DNA of 64,000 nt. It comes from Orbicella franksi (taxonomy: Eukaryota). Positions 29,701 through 42,838 of this stretch are shown piece after piece (position 1 is the stretch's first letter; every line of letters begins with the position of its first letter). The stretch is from positions 7,626,001-7,690,000 of the forward strand of contig OZ116706.1 in the NCBI GenBank assembly GCA_964199315.1, read 5' to 3'. The notes under the pieces were generated by a model. It had not been told where the DNA came from. It did no database searches and saw only the letters and a program-made list of their open reading frames with translations. Made by a program: the position numbers and the translations under genes.

Positions 29701-32700
29701 TGTATCATATGACCTATAAGCGACTACAGTTTACTGCAAGGACTGTGTTTTGTGCTCGCCAGTATTTATTTATATTAGCTGTATCTCTGCTGGACCCTGT
29801 GATACATGCACATTTCCTTTTCTGCTCCCTCAATCACCTCCTCCTAAAAACTGCCCTAAAAACTTTTTGCATAATTTCAGTATTTCACTGATTGGGTTAG
29901 CTAGAGTGATGGTGTTGTGCCTGCCCAATATTTTGCTCAGCGGCATTACAGGTGCATACAAGTATGTAAAGTATGTATTGAACATGTACTCACCAACAAC
30001 TTCCACACTGTTCAATGATTATAATGAGCAGGACATGAAAAAGAACACAAACAAACAACGAAGAACAAATGAGCAACAACAATTTTAAATCAGCTATCAT
30101 GGTACATGTAATATGTATACTAACAATTTTAAAATTAACATAACAAGTAACGATTAAAAACAATGTACCTTTCCCTGATTTTTCACTGCTGTCACTTTTC
30201 CTTCTTTTCTCCTGAGCAAAATAGATTTATAAAAATCTTAGTACATTGTACATTGTACATGGTGCTTTGGAATTTTTCTTTAAATTTGCCATGTAAAGGT
30301 TTGAATTTAATGTATGACTTGACTGATAAAAGCTGTCACTAGTTTTCTTAACACTAATCTAGAGAGCATTGTTTTAAAATAAAGAGCCGTCTTCAGAATA
30401 TTACAGAACTAACAAAAATGATACAGAAGCTCCAGGAGTTTCTTAAGGCAGTGTTTCATGGTAGCTAAGCTTGGTAAACTTGTTCAACTTACAATAGAGG
30501 AGTTCATGCTCTAAGGAGCATTATGGGTAATCAGGACAAGATTGCAAAGAAACAGAGCAGCAAAATGTACATTGTTTTTCATATTTCCGTTCTAGAGTTT
30601 CATTTTCGAGAAAAAACTTTTACTGTAAATAGACAAACCCCCTTTCTACATTTACTAGCATTTTTAAGTAGATTGAGCTACAGTGTAGGCATTTAGCCTA
30701 CTTACATTGTTTTATCAGAGTAACAGAGATGTTATTTTTGGAATTGAATGGCTAATGCCTGATCATATCATTCAGTTTTAATAGTAAAAGAATTCCTATG
30801 CCCATAACAATCACTTGATTGGCTCAAAAACGCAGGAAAACCTAGAAAAGGGGTTTCTCCATCTACAGTATATGTTTCATCTCCACATGTGAAATCAGAA
30901 TGGAAATATAAAGATAAACATTTGTTTTATGGCTATGCTTCTTTGTAAATTTGCCCTGATTACCCATTATGCCCCTTAAAGCGTGAACTCCCCTATATTG
31001 CTATGATATGGAGACTACAGCCGTGTGAAACAATGTGAAGGGTCTTGTACAGGAAACAAACATTTACTAGCCAGTTTTAAACCCCTAACAATAATCATTA
31101 ATTATTCTTTAACAACCAGTTTCTAACTAATTAGCAAATGAAGCAGTTAGGGGTACTGAAAGTTACTTGCTCTGCATAGGATGCTATTCCATCAAAGGTT
31201 ACTACACAGTATTGTGGATCAAGTTGCCTAACAAAGTGCACTACTCAGCAGTTTACCCTAGTTTACAACAGTATGGTACAATGTTCAGTACTTACTATTA
31301 TTATATGGCTAGCTCAGCGAGTGGGCAAGATGAATCAAACCCTGTGCTGTGATTGGCTATCGAGCAGGCAAGATGGAGCTATCTTAGTTAGCACTAATTT
31401 AGCAGCTCCAGGGTATTATATCAACTTGTTACTGACAATACTAGCAGTAAGTACATGTACATATGTACAACCTACCAGTCATGGTTATGTGGTGTTGCAG
31501 AAGCATTCAGTTTTAATGTACAGCTGCAGTCTTCAAGTGTTTGATAACTGTTTATGAGAAGGCTGTGATCTTTCTGGCTTCCTCTTCTTAGAAATTCTAT
31601 ACATGCAGTGGCATCAACAAAATTTTACTACATACAGTGTACACCTGTATTATATTTCTGTCAATGTTATTGATTTAACTAAATATATACTTACAGTGTA
31701 GTTGACTAGAGTACCTGGACAGGGATTAAGTTCTGCTACTGAGGCCATCTAATCCCTAATGTATTTAAAGTCCGCACTTAAGGTTACAGTTAACAGTAGC
31801 CTACACCACCAGCATTCAGTACAGTAAAAAAAACTACATGTATGACTGAGACAATGTCCATGATTAAATTCTTTACCTAGGTATTTAGTGGTGGTTTACT
31901 TTCCTCCTTCAACAAGAAAACCAACAAACACGAAAAAATAAAAAAATAAAAAAATAAAAATAAAACTAAAAATGACTGAGGCAAGTTCCTTCCTTTTTTT
32001 TTTTCACCTGGGACTAAATGTCTCCTGACAAAAGATGCAGCCCCTATAGACTAACTTGTGACGAACTACAACCTCACCTAGAGGTGTATAAATTTAAAAA
32101 TATACAAGTTCCCAGTTGCTCCATTCTATATAAAGTACAGTTTAGTGAGAACTAGGGACTGTCATATTTAAAGGCCATAACCTACATGTATAACACCTAT
32201 CATGGCTGAGTATGTTTGATGAGCCCTTGATGTTACAGATCAACTTGTCCGTTGTTCATGAATACAGTTCACGTACAAATAAACAAATTTATTTATGGGT
32301 GCAAAGATCAAGGCAACACAAGATTCAAAATGGGTTTTGACAAAACACTGACCCCCTACTGACCCAGAATCTTGGAAATTGTAGGCAAGCTAAATTTATT
32401 ACTGAACTTGAATTGGCCTTATTGATAGTTCTGGGCTATATTTTGTTTTTCCCATTGATTTTATGGGGGGTCAGTTGGGGGGTCAGTAGGGAGGTCAGAA
32501 GGGGGTTCAACAGGGGGTCAGAGTTTTGTCGAAACCCATTCAATTAACTAATGGCAGCCCTGGTTATGGGCTGGAGTGTAGACTTTACTACTAAGAGGCC
32601 ATTTATCAGCTAGTATCTACCTCAAACAATGGCCCAAACTAAAATGCATTAAGTAATGGATTTCTTGATTACACTACAGTAAAAACACACACACACACAC

Positions 32701-33398
32701 ACACCTTTAAACTCTTCAGGAGTCCAATCAGAGAATTGATTTATACCATATACAGCTGCCCCATTTAGTTCAGACTCTCTTGCATTTAACCTGGCATGTC
32801 TCGCAAGGCTTTCCTACAAAAAACGTGACAGGAAAAGGCTGTAATTTGTGTTCACATTTTTCCCCCTATTAAACTAGCAACTTTTCACTTTCATTTTCGA
32901 TACCCTCTGAAATGGTCTCTAAAATTAATGCCACTTAAATGATAGCGCAGTATTCATTACATTCTTTTTGCCTCGCTCAAATCAATGCTATCAGACAAGC
33001 TAGAAGGTTTATAATTTAGCACAGTTTAACCTAATCACCCTACAAACAGAGCCTCTCCTTACGGTACATCACTCCAGTACTAACAATGTTTTCTTCACAA
33101 TAATTTGCAGGCTGATAAACAAACCATATGACATGCAACTTAAACTATTTCTTCACAAGACAATCAAGCAAGGTACTACCTTAAAAACAGAAAGACGTCT
33201 GTTGTATTCCTCCGGATCATTTATGTATGTCCTGTTGTGTGTTTGGACATATTTTTTGAACATCAAATGCAGGTTTGCCTCGTCTGTTTCGTTATAAACA
33301 TGAACACGTTTCAGCTCGTCCACAGTTGAGCCCTGTGTGGACAGCGTATAGACCACATGGGCTAGCCAAAATAAGAAGAATACGTTCGAAGACGGCAT
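23742..33398 (-). CDS. CTSO: Cathepsin O-like papain-family (C1A) cysteine protease, complete, ~356 aa
   Basis: Twelve GT-AG exons: 33398-33180, 32813-32705, 31596-31476, 30211-30169, 30007-29994, 29455-29302, 28959-28889, 28001-27957, 26768-26677, 25495-25421, 24745-24653, 23776-23742 (1071 nt, in frame). Signal peptide, I29 prodomain ([14 protein letters not shown]), VKNQGKCGSCWAF (oxyanion Gln, catalytic Cys), INHAV (His), WIVRNSWG (Asn). CTSO-like motifs [11 protein letters not shown] and [13 protein letters not shown]. Confidence 0.93.
24063..24260 (+). mobile_element. tRNA-derived SINE remnant
   Basis: Head gggaggtacggtggcgtaatggtt (box-A-like) followed by a degenerate body. Confidence 0.5.
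24838..25330. mobile_element. Tc1/mariner-type MITE in a CTSO intron
   Basis: Degenerate inverted ends tacacttgaacctc...gaggttcgaccgta with internal repeats of ctctacaacggccac. Confidence 0.55.
30515..30975. mobile_element. TTAA-type (Kolobok/piggyBac-like) MITE
   Basis: Inverted ends GGAGCATTATGGGTAATCAGG...CCTGATTACCCATTATGCCCC with ctaa/ttaa flanks. Confidence 0.5.
32685..32704. repeat. (AC)10 microsatellite at a CTSO splice donor
   Basis: On the minus strand the exon ends AAAG|gtgtgtgtgtgtgtgtgtgt. Confidence 0.9.
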
Positions 33399-36300
33399 GA
33401 CTTCCGTTAAGGAACCTTTCAAGAGCAGATGCGTGATGCTTAACAGATGCTCGGTCTCTGTATGGAAGGATCGTAAAGAAATCGTCGAGGCATCTCATTC
33501 CCAGACTTCCGAGCGTTCCTTATGGCCGGTCACGCACTCCGAAGATTGCGTGACGAGCCCAAATAGCGTCGTCTACGTTGGAACCTCACAGGGAGCAGAG
33601 GAACTTGATCCTAATTCCAGCTAAATCCACCGTTGTTGCAGAACAAATCGATTTTGTTGCTTAATACGATTGCACGTCACTTTGTATATTCGAACTAAGA
33701 GTTATGCGATTGTGTTACGCGTCCACTTTACGGGTTTTTATATCCTAAGGCCAGCGCCGCATACAGCAATGTCTGTGGGCGTAACACGAGTAAATTTCAC
33801 TTAACAAGTACCTGAACCATATTAGACATTTCATGACAAATTACAGGAAAATAGTGACAATGACCGAGACCAGGTTAGCTGTTTTGACCAATTTTCTCCA
33901 TGTGATACTCGTCTCTACACGCAGCTTCATACTGTCTGATGGAAACTTACTTGTACTTTTTATCCTCAAAACCAGAATTTCTACAAGTCACGTTCCGGTT
34001 AATTGTTTTTGTTGTTGTCTTTCCTTGAAGCGGAAAGATGGGAAATTTTTAATACCATGATATTTCCATTGTATTCATGATACTGTGCTGTTAACTCATT
34101 TTTTTCTGGTCTAGTCATCCTCCGTAAATTATGGACCTGACATTACGGATTTTTCTAAACACGCCGAAATCTTCCAAACTGAATGTTCTCGTGCAAGTGT
34201 GAAACCACTGGCCTTAACTGCTCATCGACTTTGCACCTGCCGCAACGTACGAGAGCCTGCCAGCAGGCTACCTTTACTGCTGCAAATAACTTTCGAACTA
34301 CAAACTAAAAGCTGTTTAAATTTAATCAAATTCTCTTCCTCCTGGGCGTTTTTATCGAATATGAAAGAAGATCGTTTGTAGATATCACAATGACGATCAC
34401 ATTAACGGTGAACAATCAACCTTTTCAATGAAAAAAAGTTTTAACTTCAAAGTAGGTAATAAGCTTGACGTTTAACGCAAGATAACAAAGATTTTGACAA
34501 TTGATAGTTTCTCCTGCCTTCTGTTTTGAATTCGTACAGAGAATAATTCATTCTCTTTATATGACAGGCTAAAGGCACCTGATCTCGTTCATTTGGTTAA
34601 ATTGAAATTTAAAATCAATTGAATAATAATCTTGTGAAAATAGGAACAAAATTGTAGTGCAGCGCGCGCTAAGTTTACGACAACTATTTGACATCTCTCT
34701 GTTGCGGTCCTTCACCAATCAAAAAGTCCAGAACCGCGGTACGTGCAGGTAGTTTTATCGACATGAGGCCACTTTGTACTTCTCCACCTCCCAGACTAAC
34801 TCGGTAATAATAGGAAAATTAATTCAGATATTAACGAGATTCTAACTAGAATTGAAAGAAAACTGGACGACAGGTCGACATTAATTTGGACTTTGATGTC
34901 GGCTGAATGACAAATTCACAGGTTATTTTAAATATGTTATCAGCACGCTTGGGCCAATTTCATTGTTTCATTCTGTGGTCTGTCTATAATTGGATTAAAA
35001 CTAACCGATAAAACAGTTGCACATTTTGTAAGGGTTAGGTTGTCTAAATTTGGCTTATTTTAATCTTGACAATGAAACCAGTTTTGTGTTTTTTTTTTGC
35101 AATTTTGATTTTGTTCTGATCAACACGTATAAAGAAAAAGGCAGAGACAAAAGATAGACAAAGGACCTCCTACAATACATTTGAAAACAACCTTTTTTTT
35201 GATCAAAAGATATGTTGAAAGGATAAAAACGAACGGAACATAATTCTCATCTGTTCTTTTGACTCAGGTTACGAAAACCTTCAGTAAGTTATAAAAGTAT
35301 GCGCACAAGGAAATAAGAAAACAGTTTTATATATTTTCCCTTAAGGCACGAGGACACGCTTTTTTACGATCAAGCATAGTTTAATATGAGTTTGCAATTC
35401 TGTATGTTTTCAGATTTCTTTGGTATCTTGCGATTATTATCTGATCGGTTATGAAGATAAATAACAGTATACAAAAGCTGGACTTTGTGGCGCCAGCTGA
35501 ATATCACAGCGCAGTACGGCTTACATGTACAGGAGGTAAGTTTAATGTAAAAAAGAAACATAAATTTCTTTCCTAGCCTTATTGCTGTGTTTCTTTTTTG
35601 TTTTCGTTTTTTTCTAGTTGCTACATTTAAAATTAATAGTTGTAATGCAATATTTTTCATTTTGTGTCCATGCTGTCTGTTCAAAGCCTCCAAACAGTAA
35701 CAAGTCAGTTTTAAATTTCATTTGAATTTCCAACTGAGTAACAATTACCTGAGGTTTTCATCAATATATAACCACGTTCTCTCACCCCAGGGTCTGCAAC
35801 GATCGCACTCTATGAAAATAAATTAACAACAGATGGTATGTTTCCACATGATTCTGTCCCTGCCAGTCGGATCAATATTTACGGACACGCATAATCGTAC
35901 ACATGAAGCATATTGGGATGGCTCGGTGGCGGTTGTTGTCGAGAGGTCTGCGCTGAGAATTTTATGGCACACGGAACGCACCTCACATTTACAGCTTAGA
36001 GCGAACCATTCGACCACTGACCCATATCCTGGGCCTTCATCCTGGTCTGTTCTATACGCTCTTATACTTATTTTTATGCTGAATTTGTTTTTCCCAGTGA
36101 AAACGTCTTTGAACATCAAAATTGGTATTTTCTGATTAAAGTTGACAAGTTCTAGAACAACCGATTAGGAGTCGCCCCACGCAAGCGTGAGCAATGCAGA
36201 TAACAAAATTCACAACGTTGTACGCTCTTATACTGCAAGACATCATCACTGCGAAAGGCGACAAAAAAACCCTGTTACAAGCAGAAATCTGTTTATGAGT

Positions 36301-39300
36301 CCAATGATGGGCCATATAATACCTGATCGTATTAATGAGGAAAGTTTTGATTCTACTCGCGAGAGTTGAATTTGATTCTGGCTCGTATAATCGCTGTTCT
36401 GTTCGCCACATTGAACTGGCCCAACGTAACAGACGTATTTCATTGCAACTAAGCGCAAGCTTCAGCTATTTGTTTTCTATCATAATCTGTCCAGTTTTTG
36501 TTAAATGGTCGCATAAGGAGAGTAAATTTGTCACGATTAAAGAGGAATGAAACTCCAACAGGTGAGCGTTAGTAGCATGAATTAAGGGGTGGTCGAGTGA
36601 ACGGGTTGAACCTAAGGGTGTGGTTCCATTGTCTAGGCCACGTCAAATATTTATAATATGGCCACTGGAACTGAAACAGAACATGTAAAACCTCTTGAAC
36701 AATGGTAACTGTCTTAAAGTGAACAAGACAGTTTTACTCAACTGAAAGTACCAGTGAAACCTATAGTATGGCCCGTTCTGCCTTGGAACTAACAGAGCCG
36801 CGTTATTGCACTAACACGATGATCTCTTTGTTCAGTTAATTGCTACGGCATTCCCTTGTTTGATATTTCCGTGTAAGGACACTTTTGAGCGACAGCTTAA
36901 GTAAAAATGAATCATCAAACTGCGGATAAACAACACAAGTTCCAATGAATTTCGCTACGCCTAAGGGGAAATAAGATATTTCAAGGATATCTGGATGCTC
37001 CCTCACAAAAAAAAAGTAACGTTCAAAAATTGTTGGGAATAGGCTTGAGGAATTTTAATAGATGAGGCCGAGTGCCTCGTGGTGAAAGAGTCTTGAAAAT
37101 CTCTTCCATTTACTACCAAAGTAACTGACTGGTCTCCTAGGAAACAACCATACTTTATTCTTAGCCTCAGGGATATAACTTTATTTGTTCAAGTGGAGTT
37201 CCCGGAATTTAAAAAAGGCAGAATTTATGTTAATTTTTTTCAGTTTCCAGCTCTCCTAGATGGAAAATATGAAAATATAAGTAATTTTCAACCTTCATCA
37301 GAATTCACTTGATCTTCTCATGGCATTGACCAATTGTTAAGATGAGTACATAATCGAATTTATAGGCCATATGATCAACGACTGAAACGAACCAGAGTTC
37401 TTGAGTGGAATTGACAGAAAAATGGGTAAAGACAATGATTAGGAGAATCCTGATGTGTCCTTGTACAACATATTGGTTCTCCAAACCGATCACTGAGTAT
37501 TTCCATTCATGTTAGCTTTGAGAATTTAGAGCTCGATCAAGGCAATATTGACGAATGTCTTTGTGCTCGGCACCTGCCTATTAGAAGGTGTCGTCAATGA
37601 AATATTTTATGAAGAAATAAGTTATTGATCTTGAAAATTCGATAGTGCAAAATACCATTAATCAAAGCGAACTAAAATGCCGGATTCTCTTACAATTTTT
37701 TTTCATTGCTTTCAACCAAACTTTATCCTTTTTCCTGTGGTTAAATATTCCAAAAGTCGTTAATCATACTTTTTTTTCCGACAGAAACATCCAAGTAAAC
37801 AAACCGACTTCCAGTTTAAAAGCTTTGCACTTCACAATAAAAGCATCCTCGATCTTCGGTAAGAGATGCATTAAGCCCGAGTAGCTCTAATGGTCGAAGG
37901 AAGGGCTCTAAAACGAATTCACGAGAAAGCTTAAAAAGCGTGTAATGTTAAATGGACATCACACGTCTCTGTTTGCGAACTTGAAAGTGCTAAAAGCGTA
38001 AAGTACTAACCGTGTATACACAGGAATAAAGGGTCCATTTGATTTTAAAAACACTCCATTAAACTTCTCTTGCGAGTTAAACTTATTCATGCCAAATCGA
38101 TTCGGGCTATAGAGAAGGGAAGTTCTTGAGCACAACGTCTTTGCAAAAGGGCGAACCGCCTCTAAAACGACAAGTAATTTATCTAAACGTTTCAGTATTC
38201 GCTTTCAAAGTTGCAGATTAATTGTCGTTTAATTACCGAGGTTTAATCCATTGATGTACAAGCCGACCAGAGTGAATGCAGCTTTAAGTAGTTGAGTGGT
38301 GTTTACTTAGTTTTAATTGGCCGAATTTTTGCGTTGAAAGCGGCGTGCCCTTTCCGCAAACATGCATAGTCACTCAAAAACGGCGAGACGGTCTCGTTGT
38401 TTCAGATTTCCTAGCAATATGACTCCGCTGTTTTCATCTTTTCCGAGCCCTAGCAAAGACCAAGATGAAGGTAAGTCAGGTTAGATGTTCCGAAACATAT
38501 TTACGAGTTTATTTCGCAGTAAAGGAACTTCTTAGGCAAAAATAAAATACTATGAATGGTAGAGAAGCCAATATTCCTTTTTGAGATTCCACATAAATGC
38601 GGTTATTATATACTTCAGTGTCGTTTTAGTACTTGGATACAGACTAAGGCTACTAAGGTTTTCGGTGAGGGAAAAACGTATATAAAGTTCCCGGAGAATG
38701 TGGTTAACAAATGTTATATCTTTTGTATGTAGTTTGAACCTTAGTCTACGATTCCCCAACCACATTATCATTCATTCACGGCTTTAGATATTTTAAATTT
38801 TCTGTCTATCAAACGGAGTGAAGGTTTCCTCTCTTGTAAATTTAACACAGGTGTAGGAGTTGATAGTTTGTTTGTGTCGTGAAAGACTTATCCAGATTAA
38901 TTGAAAGGAAGTTTTTGCGTCTAATGGAACCGTCAACTTAAAAAGGTGGTTTAACTTTAAAGCTACCGGCAAATTTCCATTTTTTTTTTAAAGAAAACAA
39001 TGATTGAACATTCAACAAAGGGCGAGTATTTTCTCAACCGACTTCTCCCGTGATATACAGTTCATTGCGTTGTTTATCGAACCGTGAAAATTCGTCATGT
39101 AAGAAATATAGATAAATATGAATGAAACCTTTATTTTTGGTGGGAAAATTGGTAAAAATTTAAATGCCTTTCTTTATCAACGCTTGAAATTAAGGTTACC
39201 TAGAGATATGTGAAGTTTGAGGTTTTGTGAAAACGAAGTTGCAGTCTTCAGTTGTAACTGACTTTGAGGCAAACAAGGCCAATACTGAATTTGTACGATG

Positions 39301-42300
39301 AATCTCTTGCTGTTTTGGAAATGTGTCAGAGCAGGCAATATTGTGACACAAGAGGTCCAAAATGTATGGATATTTACTTATATTAACTGCCGGTTTGTAA
39401 ATGACCCCGTGGAGTGAGACTTGAGCGAGTTTATTTATGGCGCCATTGTTAGAACGCTCAACCCAGGACCGTTCCGAATCCTCAGCCAACTCATAATGGA
39501 AGAATAGGGCTAATTACTGACGATCATTTCCCAGCGCGGGTCAAAGAAGCTAGCTCAATATAAAGTATTTACTATAATAGCTTTTTTTAAAACTCTGCTG
39601 ATAAATAAACGCACCCTATGATCCATTCTCGGTAAACTGATACACACGCCAAAGGGTAAGTATTTATTTTCGTTTTTGACGTCGCTTTCTATGAAGTTAA
39701 ACTGAAATTGTCCGCCAAATTAAGGTGAAGGAAAGCAAGATTTCTACTTAACTTTGCAACAAATTGTTAATTATCCTTTATCTAATGTTTTGAAAACAGT
39801 AATTCACCGAAACTCTAATTCGTGAGCCGTCCTTCTTAGCGGTCCGCATTGCAAACCTCGGACCGCTCAGGAAAATTGAAACAAACTAATAATGGTCGAT
39901 ACATTTAAGAATATTTTGCCTACAAACTAAAATAGTATAATAGTATAATTGAAAATATAATAAACTTCCTGTTTGTAAATCTCTTGGATGGGTGGACGGA
40001 GTGTGAGGGACCTTGAATTGAATTGAATTATTTTATAGAGAGAGGACTTATTTATGAGCCGAATGGTATTTTAAAAAGGAGCAAAGGCATGCTTAATAGA
40101 GCTTCAACGCCTAAGTTCCCATACCGGCCTATCTTATCGTTTATAGCTGGGTTTATATTTTGCTAGAATGATTGTGATTGTTTACGTTTGTTTAAGTGAG
40201 GTCATGTTGTTTAATTAGTTACAGTACAATCATTTTGTTTAGCTACGATGATTCGACTAACTGTACCGCGTTTTGCTCAGTTGGGGCCAAGAACACCCAA
40301 AATAGCTGAATTTTTTTCAGCTATATTGAGTGTTCTCGTTCCCTCCCAGAGCCATGCAGAGCTGACACACTGATGCCAACCATGCAGTGAACACTTCTTC
40401 TCTTTTTTAAGGAAAAATAATTTACTTTTCTCTGCTTCCTTGAGAGTCCTGGCTACAGGCAGGTCGTAAGATGGAGGGATGGAAAGATGCCTCATATCAG
40501 GATCAAATTTTTTTTGGAGACGATTTTTGAAGAATCAGTTTAAGAACTTGGTCCACTATGTTGCCAGCATTTGACGAAAGTCGTCTACGTGTTGAAGCTA
40601 GAAGGCATGAGGAAGAATTCTGCCAGGTGCAGAAGGTGCATGTAAGGTGCATGTTACAGCGGGAATAGTCTGATTGGTCAACTGAGAGTCAAAAAAAAAA
40701 AAAAAAAAAAATGGAATTGACAGTTATTTAATTAAAGTAGCAAATATACCACGCATTTTCTTTGGTCATGCATATATCGGTTTTATAGACCGCTGGAGGT
40801 ATTGAAAGAACACCCTTAAAGAGGTCTGTAACCTTTATATACAGAGATTAACAAGATAAACTATATTCTAGACAAAATAAACTTTTAATTGTTTTGCCTT
40901 TGTGGTAAACAACATCCAGATCTCATTTAAACTGGCTTACAGCGAGAGAACCAATATAATTCACATGCAACCATCTGACTTCGTGAGAAACAATAACAAT
41001 ATCTAAAAAAACATCGTACGTTGTTCATAAATTTTTCTATCTAGAGATAACATCATTGAGGTTTATTTGTAAGAGGCACAAGAAGGCTCCAAATATAACA
41101 AGCATTGAAATCGCTGAGTGGTTTAACGAATGCCCCTTAAAACAAGAGTGAAAGCATTGTATTTTTAATCGTAACCGTTTTTAATCAATTCAACTTATTT
41201 ATCTGCATTTTACCATTTCTCGCAGATGTGAGATTTTTCGAGTCATAAAATGAAAATTTTCACTGAGAGGAGAAGCGAATCAGCAACCATACGCAAATGA
41301 GATTTAAAATCTTGAGCAGGTAATCTCCAATGGAATCAGTTTCCTCAAGAGAGGATGAAGGGTAATCCCCCATATAGGCATTACATACTCTCAAGGTAAT
41401 CCCTGTCAAGTTATTTTTAGACATGGTATCCAGTGCTCCCGCAGATACGTTTTCCATTCGAGCTGCAGAGATGTTTCCGTGGAGGATTGAAACAGTGCAT
41501 GTAAAGCCATGTCTCTATGAGTAAAAATTCACGTCGCTCTTCTAGGCCCTTCTGGGCTTTCTGCACATTGGAGTGATCTAAAAATAGCTTGAGAGTGATT
41601 GCCTGAGGAATAAGGTCAAACATGAACTATATGAGGGACGAAGTCTCTTGCTCCTCATACTCTCTCGGTTTCCTTTGGATTACAGCACGTTAAGTAGACG
41701 CCAATGAAATAAATCAACTTCAACAAATGAGACGAACTGGTCAAAATCTATGTTCTTACAATTGGAAGAATTGGAAATGGTATCTAACCGTTAAATATCA
41801 GTACAACAGTACATTGTCGAAGAGTTTTGTATGGTTGTGTGTCCGGCAAACTTTTGCCATGAGACTACACCAATATTCATCTAGAATTATCCACTTCCTG
41901 AACTTTGCAACTAATTTTCTGAGCCTTGACAGCTGTTTACTTATTTAGAAAATACACTAATTTTATTGGGATTAATTATTTCTTTTTCTGACTATGGACT
42001 TCAAATTACTTGTAGTTGTAAGGTTGATTATCTCTCTTGACGACATGCTGTGTTGTAGATCAAATTAAAGTATCATTCATTTTGTTAGAAAAAAAATCTG
42101 CATCGGTAGAGACATGAAATCTTTACTTTTAACAGCTTAAATGTCCTATTGAAAAGCAATATTTTTAAAATAAATATACGTCTATTTAAAACATTCTTCT
42201 TTCACAAATGATAAAACATTTCAAAAACACTCTCAGTTTATTAAAAGGGCACTTTCAGGCGCGAAAAAACGAACGACGTAAAATCACATCTCCACTGATA

Positions 42301-42838
42301 TTCCGAGAAAATCATCTTTCATGGGGCAAACCTAAGAATAAAAAAGAGACTGTTAACTTCTTAAGTTTCAGCCTATCCCTGTGTAAAGAACAGTGGCGTG
42401 AACCCAGTTACTAGGCTATAATGCAAAACTAAGAGTGTACAGGGTTTGCAATGCAGAAGCAATCTGTTATCTGGCACTTCAGTCTTTACGAGACTCCTGA
42501 GATCACGTTTTGAGCCCAAATCCAACATTTGCAGTTCATGAGAGCTTAAAGAAGGGCTTATTCTCCCTGCGTAATCCCCAAAAGTTTGGGTTGGAGTGCA
42601 GCCCTGAGTATAAATATGCGATTTTCTTTACTCCATTTCTGGACTAGCCCAAAAGTTAAGCCTTATACCCACTATGTAATTTTCTTAAGCTATACCCGTT
42701 TGGCGCCTCATGTCCCTGCGTTATTGAGGGAAAACCCTCCCCCATGGCCACGGGGTGGCACAGTTTAGTTCTTTGACACTTACACATATTTTGTCTCAGA
42801 AAAAAGGTTCGTTTCTGCCGCTTCCATCAGGAAGCAAG

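Noticed and set aside
41260-41520. Alternative last exon with a hydrophobic, GPI-like tail for the mucin gene
   Set aside because: The natural acceptor gives the wrong frame; the 42947 acceptor has a better pyrimidine tract and a consistent phase. Not fully excluded.
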